DNA of 62,715 nucleotides, the filler included, from Sandaracinaceae bacterium (GTDB taxonomy: Bacteria; Myxococcota_A; Polyangia; Polyangiales; JADJQN01): the NCBI GenBank assembly GCA_947483975.1. It is 15 parts of 15 records of this genome, joined end to end, with 100 filler letters (N's around TTAATTAATTAA, not from the genome) between each part and the next. Parts side by side here need not be neighbours in the genome. Positions count along the whole stretch, not along the records: positions 29,789 to 33,875 come from CANKOL010000433.1; positions 33,976 to 38,053 come from CANKOL010000434.1; positions 38,154 to 42,215 come from CANKOL010000435.1; 12 more parts are not named here. One strand, 5' to 3'. The notes beneath the pieces were generated by a model. The model did not search any database. It was not told the origin of the DNA and saw only the letters and a list, made by a program, of their open reading frames with translations. Positions 30,377 through 40,852 of the stretch are shown here, one piece after another (the first letter of the stretch is position 1; each line of letters starts with the position of its first letter). The position numbers and the translations under genes were made by a program.

Positions 30377-31810
30377 ATGACCTCGAATCAGGAAGCGACG
30401 TTCGCGAAGCACCTCGGCGACCAGCGGCCGGGCGCCATGACAGCGGTGATGTTGGCCGCCGCACCGATGAACCACGGCCCGCGCGAGCTGCGCGTCGGGC
30501 GCGTCGAGGGCGGCGCGATCGTCGATGACCGGCAGTACCGCGCGACGCTGACCTACGGCGACTCCGAGCGCGCGGGGCTCTTGATCCCGGGCTCCGGCGT
30601 GCACGCGGCGCCGCTCTTCGAGCGGAGCGCGACGGGCGCGTTCACGCTGCTCGTCCCCGAGGGCGCGCGCGGGCGGCTGTCGCTGAGCGCAGGCGTCGTC
30701 GACCTCGCGCAGGTCGTCGGCACCTCGCTCCCGCTCGACGCGAGCGCGCGCGGCAAGCTCGTCCTCGGCGGCACGACGCTGCTCTTTCAGCTGGTCCCGC
30801 CCGCGAGCGTGGCGCTGCGCCCGCGCCTGACGACCGCGGCGCGCGGCGGGATTCTCGCGATGATCGACTGGCGCTTCACGTCGTACGTGATGGCGTCTCT
30901 CTGCGCGCACCTCGTCTTCGTCGCGTGGCTCGACAGCGCGGACTTCGCCATCGACGCGAGCCCCTCGATGATCCCGGATCAGTTCGCGCAGCTGATCATC
31001 GACATCCCGAACCCGCCGTCCATCCCGGACGAGCCGCGCACGGATGACCCGCAGCCCGTCGCCGATCCCGTCGCGTCGAACGACGAGCCCTCGGACACAC
31101 CCGCGCATCCCTCGCGGACGACGCCGGATCATGCGACGCCCTCGCGCGCGCCTGCCTCGCCGGTCGACGGCGCGCGGATCGCGGCGGAGGCAGCGGACAG
31201 GGCGGGGCAGATCCTCGTCGGCGCGCTCGGTGACTCGAGCACGGGCGCGCTCGCCGACCTGATGCACACCGGCACGACCTCCGAGGCGCAGGCGCTCCTC
31301 GACAGCGTGCGCGGCGTCGGCATCGCGACGGGTCCTGCGGGCGTGCTGCGCTCACGCGCGGGCGGACACGACGGCAGCGGCGAGACGGGCCCGCTCGGTG
31401 ATCTCCGGCTCGCGGGGCACGGCGCGACAGAGCAGCAGCCCGAGGGCGTCATCGTCCGCGAGGTCCGCATCGTCTACACGGTCAGCGAGCCCGACGCGCC
31501 GATTCAGCAGAGCGGCGACCGCGACCCCGACGACGTCGTCCGCGTGCTGCGCGCGCGACGCCAAGCGTTCCAAGCCTGCTACGAGCAGCGCACGCGCGTG
31601 AACCCCGAGCTGCAGGGCAAGATCAGCGCGGTCTTCACCGTCAGCGAGATGGGCACCGTGTCCGGCGTGCGCATCACCGAGAACCACACCGACGACGCGC
31701 CGCTCGCCACGTGCATCGCGAGCACGTTTCAGCGGCTGCGCTTCGGTGAGGTCTCAGGGAGCGGCGACTCCACGTTCGCTCATGCGTTCGTGTTCGCGCC
31801 GCAGCACTGA
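30377..31810 (+). CDS. AgmX/PglI (GltG-like) protein with TonB-C-like C-terminus
   Basis: GAGGAG RBS; LRVGRVEGGAIVDDR FHA-like N-terminus, SxxxH TM helix (SLCAHL), Pro-rich linker, ACYEQ...NPELQGKI...CI C-terminus. Confidence 0.78.
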   Translation: MTSNQEATFAKHLGDQRPGAMTAVMLAAAPMNHGPRELRVGRVEGGAIVDDRQYRATLTYGDSERAGLLIPGSGVHAAPLFERSATGAFTLLVPEGARGRLSLSAGVVDLAQVVGTSLPLDASARGKLVLGGTTLLFQLVPPASVALRPRLTTAARGGILAMIDWRFTSYVMASLCAHLVFVAWLDSADFAIDASPSMIPDQFAQLIIDIPNPPSIPDEPRTDDPQPVADPVASNDEPSDTPAHPSRTTPDHATPSRAPASPVDGARIAAEAADRAGQILVGALGDSSTGALADLMHTGTTSEAQALLDSVRGVGIATGPAGVLRSRAGGHDGSGETGPLGDLRLAGHGATEQQPEGVIVREVRIVYTVSEPDAPIQQSGDRDPDDVVRVLRARRQAFQACYEQRTRVNPELQGKISAVFTVSEMGTVSGVRITENHTDDAPLATCIASTFQRLRFGEVSGSGDSTFAHAFVFAPQH

Positions 31811-31875
31811 GCTCAGGGGGCGAGCACTTCGCGGGCGCGAGCTCTTGAGCTCAGGGGGCGAGCACTTCGCGGGCG
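31808..31875. repeat. 30-bp direct repeat duplicating the 3' end of the creatininase gene
   Basis: TGAGCTCAGGGGGCGAGCACTTCGCGGGCG at 31808-31837 and 31846-31875. Confidence 0.9.
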
Positions 31876-32606
31876 GCGGCTGCGTAGATGTCGGCGAGCT
31901 CTTCGTAGAGCTCGTCGCCGCTCGAGGCGCTCGCGGAGGCTGGGTCCCCGAAGTAGGCGCGCGGGCCGCCGGCCTCGACGAAAGAGAGCTTGCCGTCGCG
32001 GACGGCGAGCGAGAGGGACGTCGAGTTCGCAGGCAGCTCGGCCGAGACCTCGCGCACCTGGAACGGATCGGCGGCCATCACGAGGCTCGTCTCGTAGGCG
32101 CCCGCGTGACACGCGCCGCTGCGAAATTCATCGCCGAGGCGCAAGGAGTGCGGCTTGCGCGTGATGTCGGGGAAGTGGACGCGCGTGCCTCGAGACAGCG
32201 CCTCGACCGACACGCTGCGCAGCACATCGAGGTTCTGCGGCTCGAGGTGCGCGTTGCAGAGGACGACGCCGCGCAGCCCGGCCTTGATCGCGCCGTAACA
32301 CACCGCGCGGACGTAGTTGCGCACGACGTCGGCGGGCAAGGTGATCGTGCCGCCGAAGCTCTCCGCGAAGTCCGCGACGGTGTAGGCAATCGGCGGCAGC
32401 ACGACGGCGTAGATGTCCTCGCGCGCGAGCGCCGAAGCCGCGCGCATCGCGCTCTCGACGGCGATGATCACGTCGGTCTCGAGCGGCAGATGCGGGCCGT
32501 GCGCCTCCATCGCGCCGCAGGGCAAGAGGCCGACGGCGCCGCGGTCGATCAGGCGCTGCGCCTCCTCATAGGTCATCGAAGCGAGCTTGTAGTTGGGCCG
32601 AGGCAT
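31851..32606 (-). CDS. Creatininase/amidohydrolase family protein
   Basis: LPCGAMEAHGPHLPLETD, FGGTI, CNAH, HAGAYETS, GDP..A motifs. Confidence 0.9.
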   Translation of the reverse strand: MPRPNYKLASMTYEEAQRLIDRGAVGLLPCGAMEAHGPHLPLETDVIIAVESAMRAASALAREDIYAVVLPPIAYTVADFAESFGGTITLPADVVRNYVRAVCYGAIKAGLRGVVLCNAHLEPQNLDVLRSVSVEALSRGTRVHFPDITRKPHSLRLGDEFRSGACHAGAYETSLVMAADPFQVREVSAELPANSTSLSLAVRDGKLSFVEAGGPRAYFGDPASASASSGDELYEELADIYAAAAREVLAP

Positions 32607-32732
32607 CGCAGGGGTGTCGCAGCTTACTTCTTTTGAGGCGCGCGGCCCCCGACAAGTCCACGTCGACGGTTACGGGGCAACGCCCTCGTGATAGACAGGA
32701 GCCTGGCTTCGCACCGCCGAATGGAGACCTCG

Positions 32733-33785
32733 ATGACCATTGCCTTCAAGGGTTTGCCGATCCGTGGGGCGCTGCGCGCCGCTGCCCGCTCCTGGCGGGT
32801 GGTGCTCGCCCTCGGCGCGGTCTGTGGCGCCCTCGGGGCAGCGAGCCGAGCGCACGCGCAGCAGGCTCCCGACGCGGGTGCGCCCACGGTGGCCGTGACG
32901 ACGGTGGGCGTGGCGACGCCGCCCGCCGTGCCCGACGCGCCCCCCGTCGTCGTGGTCGAGACGCCCCCCGCCGGCGGGGCCGTTCCGGAGGGCTACGCGA
33001 GCATTCCCCCCCCGCCCCCGGGTAACTACGCGCCCGCCGCGCCGCAGATATACGGCCAACCTGGCTACGTCGCGCCGGTGGTCGAACCGACGCCCGAGAA
33101 CATTCGCGTCGACGACGCGAACGCGGACCACGTCGTGCTCGGACCGACCGCCTTCACCGCGCCGCGCGGGAGCATCTACGTCTCCGACTATGAGCTCTTG
33201 TGGGTGCAGGGCGGCGTCGCGGTCACCGACGACCTCCAGCTCACGCTGACCTCGATGGTCCCGGTCGCGGGGGACCTCTTCTACTTCGCCGATGTCGCGG
33301 CGAAGTACGCGTTCCTGAAGCTTCCGCGCTTCCACATGGCGGGGATCGGCTCGCTCCTCGTGATCGGAGACTTCGGGTCGGGGGGCTCCTCGCTCGTCGT
33401 CGGCCGCCTCGGGGCTGCCGCGACGGCCTGCATCACGGAAAATTGCTACGTGCACGCCTCGGCCTCGGCGCTCTTCTGGCTGAGCCGAGAGCTCTCGACC
33501 GTCTTCCCGATCACGCTCAACCTCGGCCTCGTCGCCCGCGTCGCCGGCGTGTTCTCCCTGCTCCTCGAGGGCGACCTCCTCGCGGTCGCGGGAGACATCG
33601 GCGCGAGCTCCTTGGACTTCTTCGAGGAGACCTTCACGGTCGGCTACGGGGTGCGCTTCTCGGGGAGCAACTTCGGGTTCGATCTCACGATGGTGAAGCC
33701 GATCTTCCTCGACTCGTCGTCGGACGGGTGGCGCTTCGGCTATCCGTTCCTGTCGCTGACCTACCGGACGGACCCGACGTTCTGA
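32733..33785 (+). CDS. Putative outer-membrane beta-barrel protein
   Basis: Signal peptide (AHA-QQ), Pro-rich region, alternating beta strands, terminal Phe. Confidence 0.65.
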   Translation: MTIAFKGLPIRGALRAAARSWRVVLALGAVCGALGAASRAHAQQAPDAGAPTVAVTTVGVATPPAVPDAPPVVVVETPPAGGAVPEGYASIPPPPPGNYAPAAPQIYGQPGYVAPVVEPTPENIRVDDANADHVVLGPTAFTAPRGSIYVSDYELLWVQGGVAVTDDLQLTLTSMVPVAGDLFYFADVAAKYAFLKLPRFHMAGIGSLLVIGDFGSGGSSLVVGRLGAAATACITENCYVHASASALFWLSRELSTVFPITLNLGLVARVAGVFSLLLEGDLLAVAGDIGASSLDFFEETFTVGYGVRFSGSNFGFDLTMVKPIFLDSSSDGWRFGYPFLSLTYRTDPTF

Positions 33786-33975
33786 GCGAGCCGCCGCCCG
33801 CAGACGACGGCCTCTCGCTCGACTGGCGCGAGGCGCACCGCGACGCCTGCGGGGCGCTCGTCGACGCGTCGAAGCNNNNNNNNNNNNNNNNNNNNNNNNN
33901 NNNNNNNNNNNNNNNNNNNTTAATTAATTAANNNNNNNNNNNNNNNNNNNNNNNNNNNNNNNNNNNNNNNNNNNN

Positions 33976-36900
33976 CGAGCATCCAGCGCCCGCCCAGCGA
34001 ATCGCCGACGGAACGAAGCCAGCCACGGGCGTCGATCTCGAGGTCATTGCGTTGACCGAACGGAGCGATGATCGCCGTCGCGATGCCGTCCGCGGAGCGC
34101 TCGATCCGCGTCTCGTAGCCGTACTGGTCCCGCATGAGCCGCAGTGAACCGTCGGGATCGTATTCGAGTTCGACCAGCGTGCGCCCGTCGACCGTCTCGA
34201 TCGTGCGCAGATGGCGGCCGGCACCGTCGAACACATGAAGGAGCGAACCGTCCTCCGTGGGCACGGTCACCTCGCCGTCGGCGCCAGTCCAGAACGGAAG
34301 ACTGCCGCGGAACAGGAGCTTCAAGTCGTTGTAGACGAGGGATCCCTCTGGCCCGATCACGAGCGCGACAGGGACGCCCATGTGCACGCGTGTCCCGAGC
34401 GCGCGCAAGCTCGGATCCATGATCCAGTCTTCAATGGCGGGGCTCGCGCCGCCGCCTACGAGGGTCTCGACGATGGTCGTCACCGAATCGAAGCATCGGA
34501 TTCGGCTATTGCCGCTGTCTGCGAAGCAAACCTCGCCGTTGGGCGCGATGGCGAGCGAGGCAGGGTCGTCGATCGCAGACGCGACGCCGGGCTTGCCATC
34601 ACCGTCGAATCCTCGCAAGCCAGTGCCGACGACGGTGAAGACACGAGCGCCGACGATGCGCGCGATGTTCGCTCTGAGCGCGACGTAGATGCTGCCGTCT
34701 GCCGCGTGCGCGATCGAGAGTATCTCAGGGAACGAGGCGTCTGGTGCCGCGACGTCGTTCAAGCCGCCAGTCCCGCCGCCGGCCACGGCTTCGATCACTC
34801 CATCTGTGCGGATGCGCCGCACGCGACCGAAGGTGAAGTCGCCGACGAGCACGGCACCGTCACGCTCCACCGCCAGGGAGGAGATGAGCCCGAAGGTCGC
34901 GCTCGTCGCCGGCCCGCCGTCGCCGGCGTCGGTGTCGACACGACCGCTGCAGATCCCAGCGAAGAGGGTAATGATGCCGCTAGGATCGATCTTCCGAACA
35001 CAGCTTCGGTCGAAGCCCAACGCGCCGTCCGCGAGGTAGATCGTGCCGTCCGAGCCGGCGGCCAGCGCGTTGATGTCTCGGAACCTGGCAGCGAGCGCGG
35101 GGCCGCCGTCCCCGGTGCTCGTGGCCGAGGCCACCCCGCCGGCGATGGTGTTCGCAGTACCGTTCGGCCCAATGCGCTGCAGTCGCCCCGAGGTGCCGGA
35201 TCCAACTCCGACGCTGGAGCTGCTCACGACATCCCCGCCGGGGAGCCACGCCAGGACTCCAACGGCCGCAAGTCCTTGTCGCGAGACCTGCGTGCTGACC
35301 GCCTGGAGGTCCGCTCGGCGACCATCGCCATAGAGGACTTGGCGACCGGCGCGGTCCAGCATGTGCTGCCCGTCCAGCGTGAAGCCGCCGAGCCCGACCC
35401 CGCGCGCGTCGAGCACGCCGAGACGAACCTGCTGCCGCGTCTCGAGCGTGACGAGGCCGCGGGCGCGCTCCGCGGTGATCACACCGCCTTCTGCTCCGAA
35501 CGACGGCGACGAACTCCCGGGCTCGCGGTATTTCCCTACATAGGCGTAGCGAACGCGGACATCCGCGACCTGCATGCCGCTCGGCGCTCGACCGAAGCGA
35601 TCGAGCCCTGACCAACTCCAACGGAACATAGCACCCGGGGCCGGTGCTCGAGTGGTCTCCACATGCCAGCCGGCGACGTCGATCTGGATCTCGACCTCTT
35701 GGACGCCCGACGGGAGCAGATCGCTGTCCGTCGGGACCTCGATCTGCTGGGCGGCGATTCTGCCGGGAACGCGATCGCTGCGATAGTGAAGCGCCTGCCC
35801 CACTCCGATCAGCGGAATCGTCTGGCCGAGCACCTGAGGCTCACACTCGATGATCGATCCGGCGCGCTCGCACGGCGAGCTTCGTCCGAGCGGCCCCCAC
35901 TCGCCATCGGGATAGAGCGCTCCATCGGGCGGCCCATAGGGCCAGTTGCAGTCCCACGGAGTGAAGTGATCGACGGAGACGTGCCAGAGCTGCGTGCCCG
36001 CGGGGTAGAGCCCACCGAGGAGCCGGATCCCCTCGACCGTGAGATGCAAGCGCCCGCGAACCGTAACCCCGCTCTCGGCAGCGCCATCACCGTCGACGTC
36101 GATCGTGGCGCCATCTGCGTCGCGGCCGAGGATCGCAATGACGTTCCCGTCGTCGTGAGCGACCCAACGGGCGAGTTGCCGATCGTAGTAGCCGAGCGGC
36201 ACGTGCGTGCCGACCTCGAAGCCGACGAAGTTCTCGACGAACATCGCCACGGGTGCATCGAAGTCGATGCGAGAAGACGCCGCGGGTGCTTCGTCCGCGT
36301 CGAGCTCGACCGCGTAGGTGTAGCCGCTGCGCGCCGGAAGAGTCCCCGGCATCGCGCGCCGGCCGGTCGCGCCCACCGTATACTCCGTCGCTCGAATCGT
36401 AAGCTGACTTGGCTCGGACGTCGCCCCACCACGGGTCACCGTTGCGCGCACTCCCGCCGGAAAGAGCAGCGTCGCGCGGCGGCGTCCATCATCGTCGCGG
36501 ATCTCCGTCGCCCGATGCAACTGCGCTCCTGCCGCGCCGAAGCGAATCACCGTCGCCGCACTGTCGCGAACCGTGAGCGCGATCGTCCCGGCCCACGAGT
36601 ACCGACCGGGAACCGCCTCGAGCGTTCGCTGGACTGGAAGAAAGGGATCCGACGCGACGTCGAGCGTCACTCCCGGACCGCCACGAACCACGAGGACGAA
36701 CTGACCGGCGCCGTCCGTGCGAACGAAGCCAGTGTCTGGATGCCCGGCGACGGACACCGTGGCTCCGGCGACTGGCGACCCATCGCGCGCGGCGACGACT
36801 CTTCCCTGGACGACGGCGACGACACTCGGCGGCAGTGCACCTGCGCTCACCGAAGTCTGGTGGGCGGCACCCGAACAAAAGCCGTCGGTCGTCCCCTCGG

Positions 36901-37201
36901 ACAGGAAACGAATGGAGTCGGCAAACGAGCTCGACGGATCGCCGAGCGCGGTCGCGAGGCAGTCGCCGTCCGCGCAGTCGATGTCGCCGTCACCGTCGTT
37001 GTCCACGGCGTCGTCGCAGATCTCGACGCGCGTTTCGAAGGAGGACGCGCCGTCCGCGCCGCCATCGCCAGAGGCCGCCGGCGCGGAGCCACACGCGGCG
37101 ACGAGCGCGACCACCGCGGCCGCGACGAGCCACCGCAACGAGCCGAACGAACCCGCCACACCGCGCCTCGCGGGCCACGAACGCCAGACATTCTCAACCA
37201 T
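33976..37201 (-). CDS. Teneurin-like lipoprotein (carboxypeptidase-like Ig, FN-plug, NHL propeller, start of YD/RHS shell); 3' truncated
   Basis: VAAC lipobox; EICDDAVDNDGDGDIDCAD; HFTPWDCNWP; GSIIECEPQVLGQTIPL...LHYRSDRVPG; repeated GDGGPA NHL blades; YDPDG..RDQYG YD repeats. Confidence 0.85.
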
Positions 37202-37433
37202 GGCTTCTCTCCCCGTGGGCGGTGACCGTGCGAGTACGGTACTCGATAAGCGTGCGGACTGTACAGAGCGGTCTCATGGCGCTCCCGAGCGCGAGGCGCG
37301 CACGCGGCCTGCGCCGCCGGTCACGCGGCTCCGTGGGTCAGAGCAGATGGCGACGTGCGTTCAGCGTCGGGAGCGAGGCGCTGCGGCGAGAATGCGGCCG
37401 AAGTTTCGTCAACGCGCAGCGCCGCGCACTTGG

Positions 37434-37619
37434 CTATGCGCGCAGTCCGCGGCGCAGCACGTCGATCGCGTCGACGTGTGCGAGGCGCGTGATCGGCAGC
37501 ACCTCGGCGATGGCGAAGACGCCGTGCGGGAGCGTCGGCGCGCGCAGCAGCGTCGCGGGCACACCTGCCGCGCAGAGCGCCTCCGCGTACGCGACGCCCT
37601 CGTCGTGCAGCGGGCGCAT
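37434..37619 (-). pseudogene. C-terminal remnant of an HSL-family (alpha/beta hydrolase fold-3) esterase
   Basis: PLHDEGVAYAEALCAAGVPATL...PTLPHGVF matches the DPLRDEG...AGV...HGF tail; no HGGG or GDSAG upstream. Confidence 0.65.
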
Positions 37620-38153
37620 AGGCCATCCGATCGGTGATTCGTCGCCGCCCTTGCACCCCTGCCCCCTACGCGAGGGTGCCCCGAAGTACAATCTCGGCGT
37701 TGATGCGCCTTTGCCATGCGGTCCTCCGCGACGTCTGAGACCCCAGTTTCTGCCGGCAACTGCGCGCCGGGCGCCTATCTCCCTGGCCGCGCTCTGCGCA
37801 GCCGCTCAGCCGTCGGGGACAAACCAAATCATCCGACAGACGGATCGCGAGGACCACGAGCGCGCCAGGCGCGAGCAGCAGCGCGTCGGCGACCGACCCG
37901 GGGAGCGTGCTGTCACGGCCAGTCGTCATCGCGGCGCAGGGTAGTAGGTCTGAGACGCTCGCCAGGGCGGGCGGCGCTGCGCGGCAGCCCCAGCACCCGC
38001 CTCTCAGCGCAGACGGGGCGCCGCGTCCTCGAGGGAGCGGCGCCCCGCGGGCGNNNNNNNNNNNNNNNNNNNNNNNNNNNNNNNNNNNNNNNNNNNNTTA
38101 ATTAATTAANNNNNNNNNNNNNNNNNNNNNNNNNNNNNNNNNNNNNNNNNNNN

Positions 38154-38313
38154 CCGGCGGCGGCGGCGCGACCACGACCGCCGCGCCGGGTGCCGGTGGC
38201 ACGCCGACGGTCACCTGCTGCGCCTGCGCAGTGGACACGCCGCCGAGCGCGCCGAGGCACGCCAACAAGAGCACCGAGCCGAGCGCGCCGAGGCGCACAG
38301 TGACGCAAAGCAT
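38154..38313 (-). CDS. Secreted protein, N-terminus only
   Basis: Signal peptide ending AQA-QQ, then Pro-rich sequence. Confidence 0.55.
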
Positions 38314-38407
38314 TCCGCCAAGGTCCGAGAGACGCGCGGTGAAGTCAAGAGCGACGGAGGAGCGCCCACGCAGCGCAGGCTTCCCGATCCTGGCTGGCTC
38401 CCGTAAG

Positions 38408-40123
38408 ATGCGCGCCATGGAGCGCTGCTTCCCTACTCTCCGCCTCGCGGGCACCTTCCTCTGCGCGCTCGCGCTCATGTCTTGCGCGACCGAACCGGTC
38501 GGCGGCGTGTCGTTTTCGCTCGATGATCCCGCGGGGATCTTCGATCCGGGCGTCCTCGACCGCGACGAGCTTCGCATCGTGATCTTCCCCGAGAGGAGCT
38601 GCGACACCGCGACGGGGAGGCTCACGCCCGAGCCGAGCACGGCCCCCGGAGCGACGTTCAGCGACGCGGTGGTGGACCTGACGATCAACGTCGGTGCGCG
38701 CCTCGGCCAGAGCATCGAGCTTCCCGCAGGCACCTACACGATCCTCGTGCGCGGGCGCGGGACGGATCGCGTCACGACCGAGACCGATCAGGTGATCGCG
38801 TCAGGCTGCGCGACCGACTCGATCACGGTGGGCGGGACCAAGGGCGTCGCGATCACGATGCGCGAGGTGACCGGCATGGGCACCTGCGGCAACCACACCA
38901 TCAGCCCCGACGAGCAGTGCGACGACGGCAACACGACGCCCGGGGACGGCTGCAGCGCGACGTGCCAGACGGAGGCGTTCCCCATCAACATCGCGGACGT
39001 CGCCGCCGTGCAGCAGGCCGCGTCTGCGGCGTGGGGCGCGGGCTCGGGCGACACCGCCCGCGCGATCGTCGCGTACCAGACCGACACGACCAGCATCGGC
39101 CTCGGGATGCGCCTCTTGAGCGACTCGGGCGGCACCTTGCCGGTCCCCCTCGACCGCGATCTGACGGCCGACAACCGGGCAGGCATTCAGCTCGACGTGG
39201 CGGTCGCGGTCGGCGGCGGGCGCGTGCTGCTCGCCTATCGCGATGCCTTCCCGAGCGAAGCCGTCAGCGATGTCCGCGTGCGGAGCTTCCGCATCGACGC
39301 GCCCACGCAGGGCGGCACCGCGGGCACCGAAGCGACGCTCGCGACCGAGGCGGCCCCGGCGCTCGTCGCCGGTCCGGCCTCGATGGGCCGTCAAGCGGCC
39401 CCGGCCGCGGCGGTGCGGTCGGACGGAAACGGGCTCGTCGTGTTCGAGGATCCGCAGTCGTCCACTGGGCTGAGCGGGCGCGTCTACGCGCCGACCGCGA
39501 CGGTCGGCAGCGGCGCGGGTGCGTTCGTCCTCGGGGCAGGCTCGACCGGCGCGCAGAGCCCGGTCGCGGCGGCCGCCGGCGCGGGCTTCTTGGTCGCCTA
39601 CGTCGCGGGCACGAGCGTGTTCGTCCAGACGGTGGACGCGACCGGGACGCCCGGCACGCCGGTCGCGATCGCCGCGCGCAGCAGCGGCGCGACACCCTCC
39701 GTCGCCATCGGCGCGCTGACGACCTGCCCCGCGGCGGGCGCCTGCGCGCTCGTCGCCTGGGAGGACTCGGCGTCCGACTCCACTCTCCAGGGCCTCGTCG
39801 TCGCGGCCGACGGGAGCGCGGTCGGCGCCGCCTTCGCGGTGACTCCAGGCACCGGGACGGCGCCCTCGGTCACCGGCGGCGCGGACCGCTTCGTCGTCGC
39901 CTGGACCGCGGCAGACGGCGCCTACGCACGGATCTTCGGAACCGACGGCGTCCCGGCGCTCAACCGCGAGCGCCCGCAGACGAGCAGCGCGTTCCTCGTC
40001 GCGGCGGGCGGGTCGGCGCCTTCCGTCGCGGCGGGCGGGCGAGCGAGTTCGTACCTCTTCGTCTGGAACGACCCGACGCAGGACGCCTCCGGGGGCGTCC
40101 GCGGGCGCGTGATTCCGTTCTGA
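38408..40123 (+). CDS. Lipoprotein with myxococcal cysteine-rich repeat (TIGR02232/DUF4215) and beta-rich C-terminus
   Basis: LMSC lipobox; CGNHTISPDEQCDDGNTTPGDGCSATC. Confidence 0.8.
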   Translation: MRAMERCFPTLRLAGTFLCALALMSCATEPVGGVSFSLDDPAGIFDPGVLDRDELRIVIFPERSCDTATGRLTPEPSTAPGATFSDAVVDLTINVGARLGQSIELPAGTYTILVRGRGTDRVTTETDQVIASGCATDSITVGGTKGVAITMREVTGMGTCGNHTISPDEQCDDGNTTPGDGCSATCQTEAFPINIADVAAVQQAASAAWGAGSGDTARAIVAYQTDTTSIGLGMRLLSDSGGTLPVPLDRDLTADNRAGIQLDVAVAVGGGRVLLAYRDAFPSEAVSDVRVRSFRIDAPTQGGTAGTEATLATEAAPALVAGPASMGRQAAPAAAVRSDGNGLVVFEDPQSSTGLSGRVYAPTATVGSGAGAFVLGAGSTGAQSPVAAAAGAGFLVAYVAGTSVFVQTVDATGTPGTPVAIAARSSGATPSVAIGALTTCPAAGACALVAWEDSASDSTLQGLVVAADGSAVGAAFAVTPGTGTAPSVTGGADRFVVAWTAADGAYARIFGTDGVPALNRERPQTSSAFLVAAGGSAPSVAAGGRASSYLFVWNDPTQDASGGVRGRVIPF

Positions 40124-40320
40124 GGGGCGGGGCGCTCAGCCCCGCTGCGGGCCCCGCGCGGGGCCGCCTAGCCTTGACCCCACCGCCGTAACCCGGTATG
40201 AGCAGCCAGGTTTTCGGCTCCGAGACGCTCGCTGTCTCGCCGGCCAGAGTCTGCGCCATCGCTTCGCTGTGGCGCTCACGCGCCGAGTGCTCAAGAGCTC
40301 AGGGAACGAGGCAGACGCGG

Positions 40321-40830
40321 GTGGTCGACAGCACGGCCGAGAGCAGGTCCGACACGCAGGCGGGGAGCGAGCGCTCTTCGCCTGGCGCCGTTCCGTCCGC
40401 TCCGCTGCCCCCGAGATCGATGGGACGCCGCGTCGGCATCATCGTCTACTGGGTGTTCATCACCTTCGTCGTCGGCTCCGGCGTGCGCTCGATCACCACG
40501 CAGGTCTTCTGGCCCCGCGCGGACGCCGCGCCTCCCGCCGCGACGTGTAGCGCGGGGATTCGCGGGCTCGCCTCGGAGCTGCGCACCTTTGCCGCCGACC
40601 GCGCCGCGCGGCCGAGCGAGGCACCGCCGAACGATCGCGCGTTCTTCGGCGCGTGGGACGCACGTCAGCACGCGCTCGAGTCGCTCTGCGAGGGGGAGGC
40701 GGCGCGCAGCGCCTATGTCTCCCTCGCCCGTTACCGTTTCTCGCTCGAGCAATCGCTCGTGCGCCACCTGCGCGAAGAGACCGTCCTCTCGCGTGATCTC
40801 GACGCCCGCCTCGCGGCGCTGCGTCCCTAA
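40321..40830 (+). CDS. Single-TM hypothetical protein
   Basis: TM helix (GIIVYWVFITFVVG) plus helical domain with two Cys; start uncertain (GTG 40321 or ATG 40420). Confidence 0.6.
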   Translation: MVDSTAESRSDTQAGSERSSPGAVPSAPLPPRSMGRRVGIIVYWVFITFVVGSGVRSITTQVFWPRADAAPPAATCSAGIRGLASELRTFAADRAARPSEAPPNDRAFFGAWDARQHALESLCEGEAARSAYVSLARYRFSLEQSLVRHLREETVLSRDLDARLAALRP

Positions 40831-40852
40831 CTTCCCCTCCCCAAAGAGCACC

